A stretch of 64,000 nucleotides of DNA from a virus: the IMG/VR virus record IMGVR_UViG_3300035670_000060, positions 32,001 through 96,000 of that record; one strand, written 5' to 3'. The notes under the pieces are model-generated. The model was not told the DNA's origin. It was given only the letters and a program-made list of their open reading frames with translations, and did no database searches. The position numbers and the translations under genes are program-made. Shown one piece after another: positions 49,841 to 59,502 of this stretch. Positions within the stretch are counted from its first letter, which is position 1; each line of letters opens with the position of its first letter.

Positions 49841-50220
49841 TATGAGGCCCTTCTTATAGTTGTTTGTATATTTCCTGGAAAATTAATATTTTTTATAATA
49901 TAGTCAATTTTTATATCAATTCCATTACCGTCAATTTTAGAATTTATTTCTGTAACAGCCACCCTAGGTTCATTTTTAATGATCGTATCATATAAACTTC
50001 TATTCAATTCATCCTCTGCAAAAACACCTGAGTCAAACAAATAGTTATAAATGTTTGAGCCATAATCAGGTCTAAACGGTCTTGTGCCTTTTCTTGTTTT
50101 GATTAGATTTGACAATGATCTTCTAATGGCAGTTTCGTCCGTAATAGGCCTAATATCACCGGATATTGGATGTGGTGTAAAATCTAACGGTAAATCTTTA
50201 TAAAAAATTGTTTTAGCCAT
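49840..50220 (-). CDS. gp25: Baseplate wedge subunit
   Basis: YKDLPLDFTPHP, AIRRSLSNL, RPFRPDYGS, EPRV. Confidence 0.92.
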   Translation of the reverse strand: MAKTIFYKDLPLDFTPHPISGDIRPITDETAIRRSLSNLIKTRKGTRPFRPDYGSNIYNYLFDSGVFAEDELNRSLYDTIIKNEPRVAVTEINSKIDGNGIDIKIDYIIKNINFPGNIQTTIRRAS

Positions 50221-50227
50221 ATACTAT

Positions 50228-50407
50228 TTATGATGCTGTTTTGGTATCCTGAATCTCTTTTCTACGTTCTTTAATAACTTTTGATATTTCTGATAACGCT
50301 TTTCTTGCCCTGGTTCCAGCAGATTTGTTACCTTTTTCTTCAAATTTTGCATTTTCTGCAATATATGTGTCAAAAAGATTTACTAAATTTTCATGGTGTG
50401 TCATCAT
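50228..50407 (-). CDS. Small basic protein resembling histone-H1-like Hc1 family
   Basis: KFEEKGNKSAGTRARKALSEISKVIKERRKEIQ; start reassigned to ATG 50407 with GGGAG RBS. Confidence 0.6.
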   Translation of the reverse strand: MMTHHENLVNLFDTYIAENAKFEEKGNKSAGTRARKALSEISKVIKERRKEIQDTKTAS

Positions 50408-50417
50408 ATTCTCCCTA

Positions 50418-50729
50418 TTATGAACAAAAAACTGTAGTTGCTCCAGATGATATAGCACCAAAATCAACAGGATCTCCAATTCTACCTATTGGTATGCCAT
50501 TTGCTCGAACAGTTGCAGATCCACCGCTGTACACGACGGGATGATATGCTCCACAAGGATTTTTGCCTGCTGGACCAAATGGATGTGCTCCTGAAATTGT
50601 CGCACCGCTCAAAAGAACTGGTGTGCCCTGAACAAAAACAGTTGTGACTGTTGTATTAATCAATGAATCAACTGGTGTACACGGATGACCAGTTGTAAAT
50701 GTTGAACCATTGAGTGCTACAAGTGCCAT
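50418..50729 (-). CDS. PAAR-type spike tip protein (gp5.4-like)
   Basis: TGHPC, TVFVQG, GSATVRANGIPIGRIGD, SGATTVF; follows gp5. Confidence 0.85.
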   Translation of the reverse strand: MALVALNGSTFTTGHPCTPVDSLINTTVTTVFVQGTPVLLSGATISGAHPFGPAGKNPCGAYHPVVYSGGSATVRANGIPIGRIGDPVDFGAISSGATTVFCS

Positions 50730-50738
50730 ATTTTTCTC

Positions 50739-51881
50739 CTAATTTAGATTGATCAATGCGCCATTAATATTAACAAGTGCAGTTGCATTAATACCAACAT
50801 TTCCACCTAAAGAATTAACGTTTACTCCTACGCCACCATTGACATTAACATTTCCAGCAGAATTCAAATTAATACCGCCTAAGAGTGTAGAGATTGTAGT
50901 TGTTCCGCCCGATGTAATTGTTGTAATTCCACCTGATGTGATGCTTGTTAAACCACCTGCGGACATTGTTGTTGCGCCAATCGATGTTACAGAAAGTGCT
51001 GCACCTGATGTAATGCTTGTTAGTCCGAGTGATGTTAATTTTGTAATAGTGGAATCTATGTTTACGGTATTTCCAGAAATATTTATTTCGTTGCCTGAAA
51101 GATTTAAATCTTTTCCTTCGGCTGGAGATATGGTAATATTTCCATCCTTATCAATTTCTATAACTGCACCGGTTTTGTGCTCAACGGAAGTTGTTCCTAA
51201 TGTATCATTAATAGTAAGTGATGTGCCATCTGAACTTGATACTTTGATAAAGTTATCATTTTTTACATCACTCAGTGTTATTGTATGATTATTTGATGAA
51301 GTTACAAAAAATTTTTCATTGTTTTTAGAATCAATCATTCGAATCATATGATTGTTCGACGAAGATAAGAAAAGTTGTTCATTATCTTTTTCATCATAGA
51401 ACATTAAGAAATGGCCATGGTTGTTTTGTGACTTAATGTCTGACTTAGATTCCCATATAATAGTGTTTGCTAACTTAAAATTAGGATCTAAATTTTCAAC
51501 ATAGTTTACAATAGATGAAAAAGATCGTACAAGTTTTTTTGAATCTATGAATCTTCTTGGTTCTGCACCAAAGTATTCAGTCGATTCTGTTGGTATACCT
51601 GGTATAATGCCCATGATAGCCGGTTCTTGTGCATTTTCAGCATCTAAAAAGAATCCAAATACCCAATCACCAATTTCAGGTGCACTATACATGCCCCACG
51701 TATTAGGCGAATGAATAACTAAAGCCCATGGTAAATCTGTCGTCTTAACAGCAGTATCTTTAATTGGTGGATGATATCCGAAACATCTAACACGGCATCG
51801 ACCAAGTTTCAACGGATCGTCATTGTCTTCGACAATTCCTAACCACCAAATAAATCCGTCTTGACCTAAAAAGTTTTTCAT
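50739..51881 (-). CDS. gp5: Baseplate hub spike protein (OB-fold plus beta-helix, no lysozyme domain)
   Basis: WWLGIVEDNDDPLKLGRCRVRCFGYH, LPWA, GDWVFGFFLD; C-terminal beta repeats. Confidence 0.9.
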   Translation of the reverse strand: MKNFLGQDGFIWWLGIVEDNDDPLKLGRCRVRCFGYHPPIKDTAVKTTDLPWALVIHSPNTWGMYSAPEIGDWVFGFFLDAENAQEPAIMGIIPGIPTESTEYFGAEPRRFIDSKKLVRSFSSIVNYVENLDPNFKLANTIIWESKSDIKSQNNHGHFLMFYDEKDNEQLFLSSSNNHMIRMIDSKNNEKFFVTSSNNHTITLSDVKNDNFIKVSSSDGTSLTINDTLGTTSVEHKTGAVIEIDKDGNITISPAEGKDLNLSGNEINISGNTVNIDSTITKLTSLGLTSITSGAALSVTSIGATTMSAGGLTSITSGGITTITSGGTTTISTLLGGINLNSAGNVNVNGGVGVNVNSLGGNVGINATALVNINGALINLN

Positions 51882-52111
51882 TTCATATGTTTAAAAAATT
51901 GAATTCTGCGTTCTTGTTTTGCTACCCATTCGTCAGATGGTTTACCTTCTCCATCATAATACGCTAAAGGTTTGCCAGTTTTCTTTGATACTAATGCCCA
52001 TTTACCATCCACTTGTTTGAGCACCTCTGAAATTTCTACACCAAATACTGCTTCTTCCCACTCTTCTTGAGATAATGGTGCAGCATGAATATAATCTTTA
52101 AACCGTTTCAT
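51878..52111 (-). CDS. Hypothetical protein, possible internal head protein
   Basis: 77 aa; MKRFKDYI...E leader, then basic domain ending ERRIQFFKH. Confidence 0.6.
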   Translation of the reverse strand: MKRFKDYIHAAPLSQEEWEEAVFGVEISEVLKQVDGKWALVSKKTGKPLAYYDGEGKPSDEWVAKQERRIQFFKHMK

Positions 52112-53067
52112 AGTTTGTCTAATTCTGAGGTGTCTAATGAATTTGGTGGAACATTGTCTTTAATCCATGCAAACAACTCTTTCTTTACATTTACATCTGG
52201 TTCCATCGTTTTGCCTGGTCTCTTTAATGTAATATACTTAAAATCTTTTACAATCAAATCATTCTTCTCATACTTACCCATGCTCTTATATGGCTTGTTT
52301 GTTTTTGGATCAAGCCATATAACAGTGTTCTCACGATTGTTTAGGACTACATAGAAACCACCATCAATTTCCTTTGGCAATCCAGTCTTAACTAACTCAA
52401 ATACTGTTCTTGCTGCACCTTGATGTGTCTGAAGGAGAATGTCAGCAGGAACAACTCGTGATCTTTCTGAATTGTTTTTAATTGCTACTTGATAATTTGT
52501 AAGCACCCAAGTGATATGTATACTCTTTGGATCATAGCCCATCCGCATAAGTTTTGGCACGTATGTATTCAAATCATCCATATCTTTGAATGTTGTATCA
52601 AATATAATGTTAGGCAGTTTACCTTCTTTAGCACCATTCAACATCAAATCAATGAGTTTATCTTTTGCACCAGTTGCTCTGACTAATACATGAAGTGCAA
52701 AGACATGCTCAGGCGTTCTTAAATTTAGATTCTTCATGCTATAATCACGATCCAGGACTTGTTTCTGAACAATTTCCATTTCATGTGGCTTAATCTTGCT
52801 GCCATATTTGTCTAGCAGTTGCTTCATGGTAAACTTATTGAGATAGTCCAATTTCTGGAATGCCATCTTTAATTCGTCAACGTCAATGACTTTGAACTTA
52901 GGACCTTCCATAAAGTTGCTGATAGCAAATCCTTTACCGCTACCAGCACCACCTGCTAAGAAAACAACTTGACCATATGCTTTACCACCGTTATAGACAA
53001 TTTGTTTTTCATGTAGATGTTCTAAGTATTCATATTCTTTTTTATGAAAAAACTCTGTAAATTTCAT
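52108..53067 (-). CDS. P-loop kinase, Zeta-toxin/AAA_33-like
   Basis: VVFLAGGAGSGKG, IDVDE, IIFDTT, NSERSRVVP. Confidence 0.7.
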   Translation of the reverse strand: MKFTEFFHKKEYEYLEHLHEKQIVYNGGKAYGQVVFLAGGAGSGKGFAISNFMEGPKFKVIDVDELKMAFQKLDYLNKFTMKQLLDKYGSKIKPHEMEIVQKQVLDRDYSMKNLNLRTPEHVFALHVLVRATGAKDKLIDLMLNGAKEGKLPNIIFDTTFKDMDDLNTYVPKLMRMGYDPKSIHITWVLTNYQVAIKNNSERSRVVPADILLQTHQGAARTVFELVKTGLPKEIDGGFYVVLNNRENTVIWLDPKTNKPYKSMGKYEKNDLIVKDFKYITLKRPGKTMEPDVNVKKELFAWIKDNVPPNSLDTSELDKL

Positions 53068-54794
53068 AGGTTTTCCTGTATCTTGGATCTAATTATTGCT
53101 GCGTCTGTACCAGACAATCTTCTAATGTTTCCTGGATATGTTACATATATCGCATCATTTAAGTTAACAAACTCACCATTTTTAATCGCTTGAGCTAAAA
53201 CTTTGTATGATCGCTCGGTCAATAAGCTGCCAGACAATTCAATTCCTAATGCATTTACAATTGCGATTGAATTAGAGTTTAAAACACCATCAGCATTTCT
53301 CGTAATACTAACAGGTGTTTGTGAAATTTTAACATCAACTGTTCTATTTAATAAATTTGAAAATCTTCTTCTTGAAAAAATTGTAAATGGTTTTATAATT
53401 CTATTTACAGCCGTAACTATAGTTTTTGATGATTTTTTGGCAAGAGTGGTTGCTCCTAAATTCACTGGTGATGAACCTCTACTTAATTCTAGAGTTTTGA
53501 TATAATTTTCGAGAGTGATTTCATGTTTTACAGCAGTTACAAGATATTTTCCTGAATAAAATATATCATTGGTAATTTGAGGATTTTCAGGATTCGCTAA
53601 TTTTCCGTAGTGTGAAGGCACGTTTAAATTTATTACTGTGCCAGTTCCTATATTATTTGTTCCACCTTCTATGATAGTTTCAACTTTAAATATGTTTTTA
53701 CTTAAATATCCATACATGTAGTTTGTAAGCCATTTGTTTTTAGAATACTTTGCTGATTTTGTTGTTGTAAGAAGTCTTTCTCCTGGAAATTCATACTTTG
53801 TATCATCATATTTCGAAAATAAAACACTTCCTGCTATGACTGGATTTGAGTAGAAATCTCCAATCACATTTTTTGTTATATAAGAGTTTTTAACAATGTC
53901 CCATGTTTTTTGAATAGGATCAATCGTGGTGACTTTACTATTGTATGCACCACTTAACATTGCTTCTATGTGATTAAAGTTTGCAAGCCTAGAAAACGAT
54001 GACGTTCTAATTATATTTGATCCTAAATCTGGTTCAATTAGACCAGTAGTTTTTTCACGATATGTAATAGTATACACATCATTTCCTGGAGATCCAATCA
54101 AATTTTCTACACTACCAAAATAATGCGATGCAGCATCTCTAACATTGTCGGCGCCATTAAATGTAAATGGTGATGCACGTTCAAAAAATACATAAAATTT
54201 ATTTTTAGAACATGACATCTTAGCCATGTAATCAATGGCTGAGTGTGGATTTAATCCTGGACAAACGTAAGGTTCATCAAAACTTAATCCAGGATTATCA
54301 ATTAGTATACCATTTGGACTAGTTTCTGAATATAAATTTTGTATTGCATTATAAAATGTGATATTTTTAAATGATTTAAAAACTCTTTTTTTAGATGCGT
54401 TGATAAATGCTTTTGTTGTAAAGTATATAATAAAAGAAGAACTCAAATCATCTTTCATCGTAGCTTTTGAAATTTTGTGGACAATTAAATCTTTTCTCCA
54501 TAATATAAGTTGGTTTGTTTTAGGCTTTAAAATTTTAAATTCAATTTCTTCGCCGCCAGAAAACAGATGCTTTTCAAGCATACCAGACTTATCTAAAATT
54601 GAAATTGTACCATATATTGAAGATGAAAACATGTTTTCAAAAATTAATAACTCCCTAAATGATCCTAGTAAAGTTACAATTTCACCATAAACAGTTTTGA
54701 TATCTAAAATGTCAATCTTGACTTTACCGCCGACATGTGCACCAATGTTAGCATCGATATTTTCACCTACAACTGGACCGACTGTGACTGACAT
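53064..54794 (-). CDS. Baseplate hub protein (gp27-like)
   Basis: IFENMFSSSIYGTISILD, SGKYLVTAVKHEI; position between gp53 and gp5. Confidence 0.65.
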   Translation of the reverse strand: MSVTVGPVVGENIDANIGAHVGGKVKIDILDIKTVYGEIVTLLGSFRELLIFENMFSSSIYGTISILDKSGMLEKHLFSGGEEIEFKILKPKTNQLILWRKDLIVHKISKATMKDDLSSSFIIYFTTKAFINASKKRVFKSFKNITFYNAIQNLYSETSPNGILIDNPGLSFDEPYVCPGLNPHSAIDYMAKMSCSKNKFYVFFERASPFTFNGADNVRDAASHYFGSVENLIGSPGNDVYTITYREKTTGLIEPDLGSNIIRTSSFSRLANFNHIEAMLSGAYNSKVTTIDPIQKTWDIVKNSYITKNVIGDFYSNPVIAGSVLFSKYDDTKYEFPGERLLTTTKSAKYSKNKWLTNYMYGYLSKNIFKVETIIEGGTNNIGTGTVINLNVPSHYGKLANPENPQITNDIFYSGKYLVTAVKHEITLENYIKTLELSRGSSPVNLGATTLAKKSSKTIVTAVNRIIKPFTIFSRRRFSNLLNRTVDVKISQTPVSITRNADGVLNSNSIAIVNALGIELSGSLLTERSYKVLAQAIKNGEFVNLNDAIYVTYPGNIRRLSGTDAAIIRSKIQENL

Positions 54795-54795
54795 T

Positions 54796-55332
54796 TTATT
54801 CTATTGCAAGTTGAATCGTTGAACTCAAATCAGATTCAATCCTTTTAACTGCATCTGAACGTATTAACTTTATTTTTGATTTGTTGATATTCATTCTTAG
54901 TTCAAATTCATATGCATTTTCAATCTTTGATAGATTTTTTTCATGTTGAGAGAGAAGATTGTATTCATAAAAAGCAATCGAATCACCGTATTTATTATAA
55001 TAATTTACAATGCTTTCAGCTTTAGCAATGCTACCATATTTACGAATAATGTATTGTTCTAAAGATTTTGAACTTTTTGGCCAGTCATCGTAAATGCTAT
55101 ACATATCATTCGTCATTAGTATAATCCAATCATAATATGGATTTCCATAAAATACAGTTGAAACTTGATCTGGTCTTTCACCATCAGAAACTACATAAGG
55201 TACAAAAGCTATACTAGTATAACTTTTAATTGCCGATTTAATACGGACCGACGTTGATATATCAATTGAACGAATTGTGCTATAATCTGAAATAGCATAG
55301 TCTATTTTTGGATAAAAATTAAATATTGACAT
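54796..55332 (-). CDS. gp53: Baseplate wedge protein
   Basis: GERPDQVS..FYGNPYYDWIILMTN, WP, YIIRKYG. Confidence 0.9.
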   Translation of the reverse strand: MSIFNFYPKIDYAISDYSTIRSIDISTSVRIKSAIKSYTSIAFVPYVVSDGERPDQVSTVFYGNPYYDWIILMTNDMYSIYDDWPKSSKSLEQYIIRKYGSIAKAESIVNYYNKYGDSIAFYEYNLLSQHEKNLSKIENAYEFELRMNINKSKIKLIRSDAVKRIESDLSSTIQLAIE

Positions 55333-55335
55333 TTT

Positions 55336-56343
55336 TTATACGATTGTATGTTCGGCTTTTTGATAATCTTGAAAGGCATCACTGTGTGTATGATATACAG
55401 TTTCTTTAAGAGTAATTTGGAGATTCACATCGCTTGGATAATAATTTACTCCTCCAACATTATCAAAAAATGTAAGTTTATTTTGAGATCCATATGTAAC
55501 ATTCACACCTTCTATAACACATAACTTAGATTCAAATAATACTTGAAGTTCTGCACCATAATAAAGTAAAACTCTAAAACTACATGTATTTGGATAACCG
55601 AATGTAAAATTTGTTTCATTTGACAGTGCGTTTGTCAAATCTACTCTTAAAGAATTTCCTCCCTGCAATACCTCATATCCTTGTTGACCATTACCAATGT
55701 CTCCTATTTTATTCGCATCAACTACTTTCAATTCTGCTCCGTTGGAATCTTTTAATGCGCTGTTTAAAATACTAGAATAAGGACTAGATAATCCGGCTCT
55801 CGCACTTGAAGCCATTTTAAATGTGCTTATGATATCTCTCATGGATTTTGCTTCCGATCCGCTTGTCGGTCTCATAGTAAAAGGAAGTTGATACGATCTG
55901 AATTGTGGTCCTCTATATATTAACTGCTGAAAGGTATTCATTACATTTCTAGTCAAAAATTCAAGTTGACTTTTTCCGGATGCTCCAGCTGAAGCTAAAA
56001 ATCCTGCTGCTGCACCACTTGCATTAATCGCTTGTCTTGTTAATGCTTCAAGTCCACTAGATCCTAATGCGCCAAGAGCACCCGTAATAGTTTTTATATC
56101 TCCTCCGGGTTGACCAAAAATTCCGTCAGTTTCTTGAAAGGGACTTCTTGTTGACGTTTCGAAGGAGCTGGTCATTCGAATATATATATTCTGAGACGGA
56201 TTATCTCCTTTAGCATCATAGAAAGTAAACGCTATGACAGGCATAACATATTCCGAGTGAGCATCCTTTGTGCCGAATTCAAGTCTTTGAAATCCTGTAG
56301 AGTCTAATGAACCTGATGAAAAATTTGGTCTAAATGATGCCAT
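55336..56343 (-). CDS. gp48: Baseplate tail tube cap
   Basis: QLIYRGPQFRSYQLPFTMRP...EA...II..FK, YP, CVIEGVNVTY, LKE. Confidence 0.75.
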   Translation of the reverse strand: MASFRPNFSSGSLDSTGFQRLEFGTKDAHSEYVMPVIAFTFYDAKGDNPSQNIYIRMTSSFETSTRSPFQETDGIFGQPGGDIKTITGALGALGSSGLEALTRQAINASGAAAGFLASAGASGKSQLEFLTRNVMNTFQQLIYRGPQFRSYQLPFTMRPTSGSEAKSMRDIISTFKMASSARAGLSSPYSSILNSALKDSNGAELKVVDANKIGDIGNGQQGYEVLQGGNSLRVDLTNALSNETNFTFGYPNTCSFRVLLYYGAELQVLFESKLCVIEGVNVTYGSQNKLTFFDNVGGVNYYPSDVNLQITLKETVYHTHSDAFQDYQKAEHTIV

Positions 56344-56369
56344 CTCTATTCCTATAACTTAATGTGAAT

Positions 56370-56377
56370 TATTTATA
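56370..56377 (-). promoter_or_regulatory. T4-type late promoter TATAAATA for the leftward baseplate operon
   Basis: Exact consensus in the 33-bp divergent gap upstream of gp48. Confidence 0.75.
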
Positions 56378-56820
56378 TGTCTTATAAAGGTCGATTTGTA
56401 CCAAAAAACTATAAAAAATATAAGGGAGATCCTACAAATGTGATCTTTCGAAGTTTGCTTGAACGTAAGTTTATGATTTACTGTGATACGAACGATTACA
56501 TTCTGCAATGGAGTTCAGAAGAAATCATTGTACCTTATTATTCTCCAGTGGATAAAAAGTGGCATCGATATTTTCCAGATTTTTATATTAAATATCGTGA
56601 TAAATCTGGACAAATTTGTGAAAGTTTAATAGAAATTAAACCTAAAATACAGACTTCAGCACCACAAGTAAAAACAACACCAAAGGGGCGTCCAACATCT
56701 CGATTTCTTCGTGAAGCTATTACATGGGAAGTCAATCAAGCAAAATGGAAAGCAGCACAAGAATATTGTCTAGATCGAAAATGGGAATTTAAAATCATTA
56801 CCGAGAAAGAATTGAGATAA
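56377..56820 (+). CDS. gp4: Head completion nuclease
   Basis: YKGRFVPKNYKKYKGDP, RSLLE, WSSEE, HRYFPDF, IEIKP, VNQAKW. Confidence 0.95.
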   Translation: MSYKGRFVPKNYKKYKGDPTNVIFRSLLERKFMIYCDTNDYILQWSSEEIIVPYYSPVDKKWHRYFPDFYIKYRDKSGQICESLIEIKPKIQTSAPQVKTTPKGRPTSRFLREAITWEVNQAKWKAAQEYCLDRKWEFKIITEKELR

Positions 56821-56827
56821 ATAGAGT

Positions 56828-57418
56828 ATGGCTATATTCGATAACGTACTTCAACAAGGCATTAGGCAAGGCATAGTTCCTGCGAGAACCAAATTCGCTC
56901 GGGAATGGTATCGTTCAGCCGCTGAAAATTTGTACAGTAGAAAAGTTACATCTGCAACGCTTTTAAAAGATGAAACAAGACTTGTAGATAACATTACATA
57001 CGGATATATGTATGGATTTGTTTACGATCCAAAATGGAAAAAAGAGTTGCCATATTACGATAGATTTCCACTTATCTTTCCTGTTGAATTTGATAAGGAT
57101 GGATTTTTAGGAATTAACTTTCATTATTTGCCACACATTCTTAGGGCTAAATTAATGGACGCTTTGTATACAACTGTAAATAACAGAATATATGACGCTA
57201 CAACTAAAGTTAGAATTTCTTATGATCTTTTAAAAGGTGTATCAAAATTTAAAGCATTTAAGCCAACACTTAAAAAATACTTACGCAATCACATACAATC
57301 TAATTTTCTTCAAATCTCATCTAAAGAATGGGACATTGCTTTATTTCTACCAACAGAAAATTTCAAGAAAGCAAGTGTAGATCAAGTATGGTCAGACTCA
57401 AGAAAAAGGATAAAATGA
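56828..57418 (+). CDS. gp2: DNA end protector protein
   Basis: YDPKWKKELPYYDRFPL, GINFHYL, WDIALFLPT. Confidence 0.93.
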   Translation: MAIFDNVLQQGIRQGIVPARTKFAREWYRSAAENLYSRKVTSATLLKDETRLVDNITYGYMYGFVYDPKWKKELPYYDRFPLIFPVEFDKDGFLGINFHYLPHILRAKLMDALYTTVNNRIYDATTKVRISYDLLKGVSKFKAFKPTLKKYLRNHIQSNFLQISSKEWDIALFLPTENFKKASVDQVWSDSRKRIK

Positions 57419-57421
57419 TCT

Positions 57422-57967
57422 ATGGTCTTTAAAATTTCAGAATTTAGATCGGCATTCCCTGAAGGGCTTGCAAGACCAAATTTATGGTATGCAGAAATAT
57501 ATGTTACACCATCTGTATCATCAGAAACTATTGCAAATTTTAAATTTAGATGTGAAAAAGCAGATTTGCCTGGAAGATCAGTTGCAACAGTTGATGATGT
57601 TGGTTCAGGACCTGCATTAAAAATTCCTTACGACATAAATTATAATGATGCTGAAATCACGATTATATGTGGAAACGATTTTTCAGAAAGAAAATATTTT
57701 GAAGATTGGATAAACAAAATTGTCACTCCAGCAGGAGATCGAGGTGCCAAAAACTCAGGTCTTATAAATTATTACAGTAACTACGCTAAAGGAAATACGT
57801 TAGCATTACGTCAAATTAATGATGAAGGCAAAACGACAATACAATACACACTTCATGATATATATCCAATTTCAATTAGTCCAATGAATTTATCATGGGA
57901 AGAATCAAACACCTATCAACGATTTAGTGTAACATTTAATTACAGACACTACAGTTTGAATAAGTAA
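57422..57967 (+). CDS. Tail tube initiator / gp19-family protein (gp54-like)
   Basis: GLARPNL, CEKADLPG, YFEDW, YPISISPMNLSW, VTFNYR. Confidence 0.75.
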   Translation: MVFKISEFRSAFPEGLARPNLWYAEIYVTPSVSSETIANFKFRCEKADLPGRSVATVDDVGSGPALKIPYDINYNDAEITIICGNDFSERKYFEDWINKIVTPAGDRGAKNSGLINYYSNYAKGNTLALRQINDEGKTTIQYTLHDIYPISISPMNLSWEESNTYQRFSVTFNYRHYSLNK

Positions 57968-58002
57968 GTATACAACATAAGTTTTATTTTTGGAGAATTA
58001 TT

Positions 58003-58737
58003 ATGCCTTTACCTAAAATTAATGCACCTATTTTTGAATTGATTTTGCCATCTACAGGTAAACCTGTCAAATATAGGCCCTTCCTAGTCAAAGAACAAAA
58101 GATTTTAATGATGGCCCTTGAGGGTGAAGACAATAAAGATATGACTACTGCAATGAAACAAGTTATCAATAACTGTGCAGTAGACGATGTTGACGTTGAA
58201 AAAATGCCAACTTTCGATTTGGAATACTTTTTTACTCGGTTACGAGCAAAGTCCATAGGTGAAAACGTAGAACTCATCATGAGACATGAAGGTACTAAAA
58301 ATAAATCTGGTCAAGAATGTGATGGCGAAACTAAAGTTAATGTTAATCTTATGGACATTGAAGTAATAAAATCCGAAGATCATACAGATAAAATTATATT
58401 GGATGACGTAACAGGTATTGGAATTAAAATGCGTTATCCAACCATGAATTCTTTCGATACTTCAGAAGCAAAAACAGATTTAGACCTCGCTGCAATATCA
58501 ATATTAAATAGTATAGATTATATTTTTGATAAAGAAGAAATCTATAAAAAAGAAGATCAGACTAAAGAAGACTTGTCGGAATTTATTGACAGTCTTTCAC
58601 AAGATCAATTTGAAAAACTTGCAAAGTTTTTTGAAACTATGCCGAAACTAAAACATACAATTAAATGGACTTGTAGCAAATGTGGTGAAAAAGACTCGAT
58701 TGATTTGGAGGGAATGTCAAATTTTTTCGCCTTCTGA
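58003..58737 (+). CDS. gp26: Baseplate hub assembly protein
   Basis: MPLPKI, LPSTGKPVKYRPFLVKEQKILM, LRAKSIGE, FFETMPKL. Confidence 0.92.
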   Translation: MPLPKINAPIFELILPSTGKPVKYRPFLVKEQKILMMALEGEDNKDMTTAMKQVINNCAVDDVDVEKMPTFDLEYFFTRLRAKSIGENVELIMRHEGTKNKSGQECDGETKVNVNLMDIEVIKSEDHTDKIILDDVTGIGIKMRYPTMNSFDTSEAKTDLDLAAISILNSIDYIFDKEEIYKKEDQTKEDLSEFIDSLSQDQFEKLAKFFETMPKLKHTIKWTCSKCGEKDSIDLEGMSNFFAF

Positions 58738-58943
58738 TGGGGCATGAGAAGTTAGTCAATTATTATAAAACTAATTTCTCCTTAATGCAACATCATAAAT
58801 ATAGCATACACGAATTGGAAGATATGATACCATTTGAACGTGATGTTTATATCATGCTACTTTCTCAATTCATACAAGAAGAAAATAAAAGAATAGAGCA
58901 AGATCAACAAGCATTTAAACAACAAATGAGGAGTAGGCGATAA
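58737..58943 (+). CDS. gp51: Baseplate hub assembly catalyst
   Basis: YYKTNFSLMQHHKYS..ELEDMIPFERDVY. Confidence 0.88.
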   Translation: MGHEKLVNYYKTNFSLMQHHKYSIHELEDMIPFERDVYIMLLSQFIQEENKRIEQDQQAFKQQMRSRR

Positions 58944-59497
58944 TGGCATTTCAATTCGGCACAAAAAAAGAAGAGTCTAAAAAAGAAGAAGAATCAAAAG
59001 ATTCTTCACCAGAAACTGCAAGTAAAGAAGATTGGATGACAAAGAAGTGGCGTCCAATGATGGCAATTATGTACATGATTTGCTGTCTTGCAGATTTCGC
59101 TATATTTCCTATTATGTTTACCATCGTTCAGTTTTGGGAAACTCAAGCAGCCAATGACGCATTTCGTCAGTGGGTGCCTATTACACTTCAGGGTGGTGGT
59201 CTATTTCATGTAGCAATGGGCGCAGTCTTAGGTGTAACGGCATTTGGTCGTACACAAGAAAAAATTGCTGGTGCTACCAGTGGCACACCGACACCAACGC
59301 TAAGTTCTACGCCACCTTCGATGGCAAATCAACCTCAAATGAGTGGATATGCTCCACAGCCATCGACAATGCAGAGAAGTGTGCCATCATATAATTCTGA
59401 TCCCTATGTAAGTAATGCAAATCCATCACCGACTGGCGCACCAAACTTAGCAAGAATTCGCCAACTTGATCCAGACAATGTATTTGAACGTGGATAA
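58943..59497 (+). CDS. Membrane protein, GTA_holin_3TM-like putative holin
   Basis: WRPMMAIMY hydrophobic helix; TLQGGGLFHVAMGAVLGVTAFGRTQEK. Confidence 0.65.
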   Translation: MAFQFGTKKEESKKEEESKDSSPETASKEDWMTKKWRPMMAIMYMICCLADFAIFPIMFTIVQFWETQAANDAFRQWVPITLQGGGLFHVAMGAVLGVTAFGRTQEKIAGATSGTPTPTLSSTPPSMANQPQMSGYAPQPSTMQRSVPSYNSDPYVSNANPSPTGAPNLARIRQLDPDNVFERG

Positions 59498-59502
59498 ATT
59501 GA

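Noticed and set aside
50408-50479. N-terminal extension of the 83-aa ORF 50228..50479
   Set aside because: Overlaps the PAAR gene; a better start with RBS exists at 50407
50225-57970. Variant late promoters (CATAAATA near 50225, GATAAATA at 56816, AATAAGTA near 57959)
   Set aside because: One or two mismatches in AT-rich DNA overlapping stop codons; plausible but not distinguishable from chance
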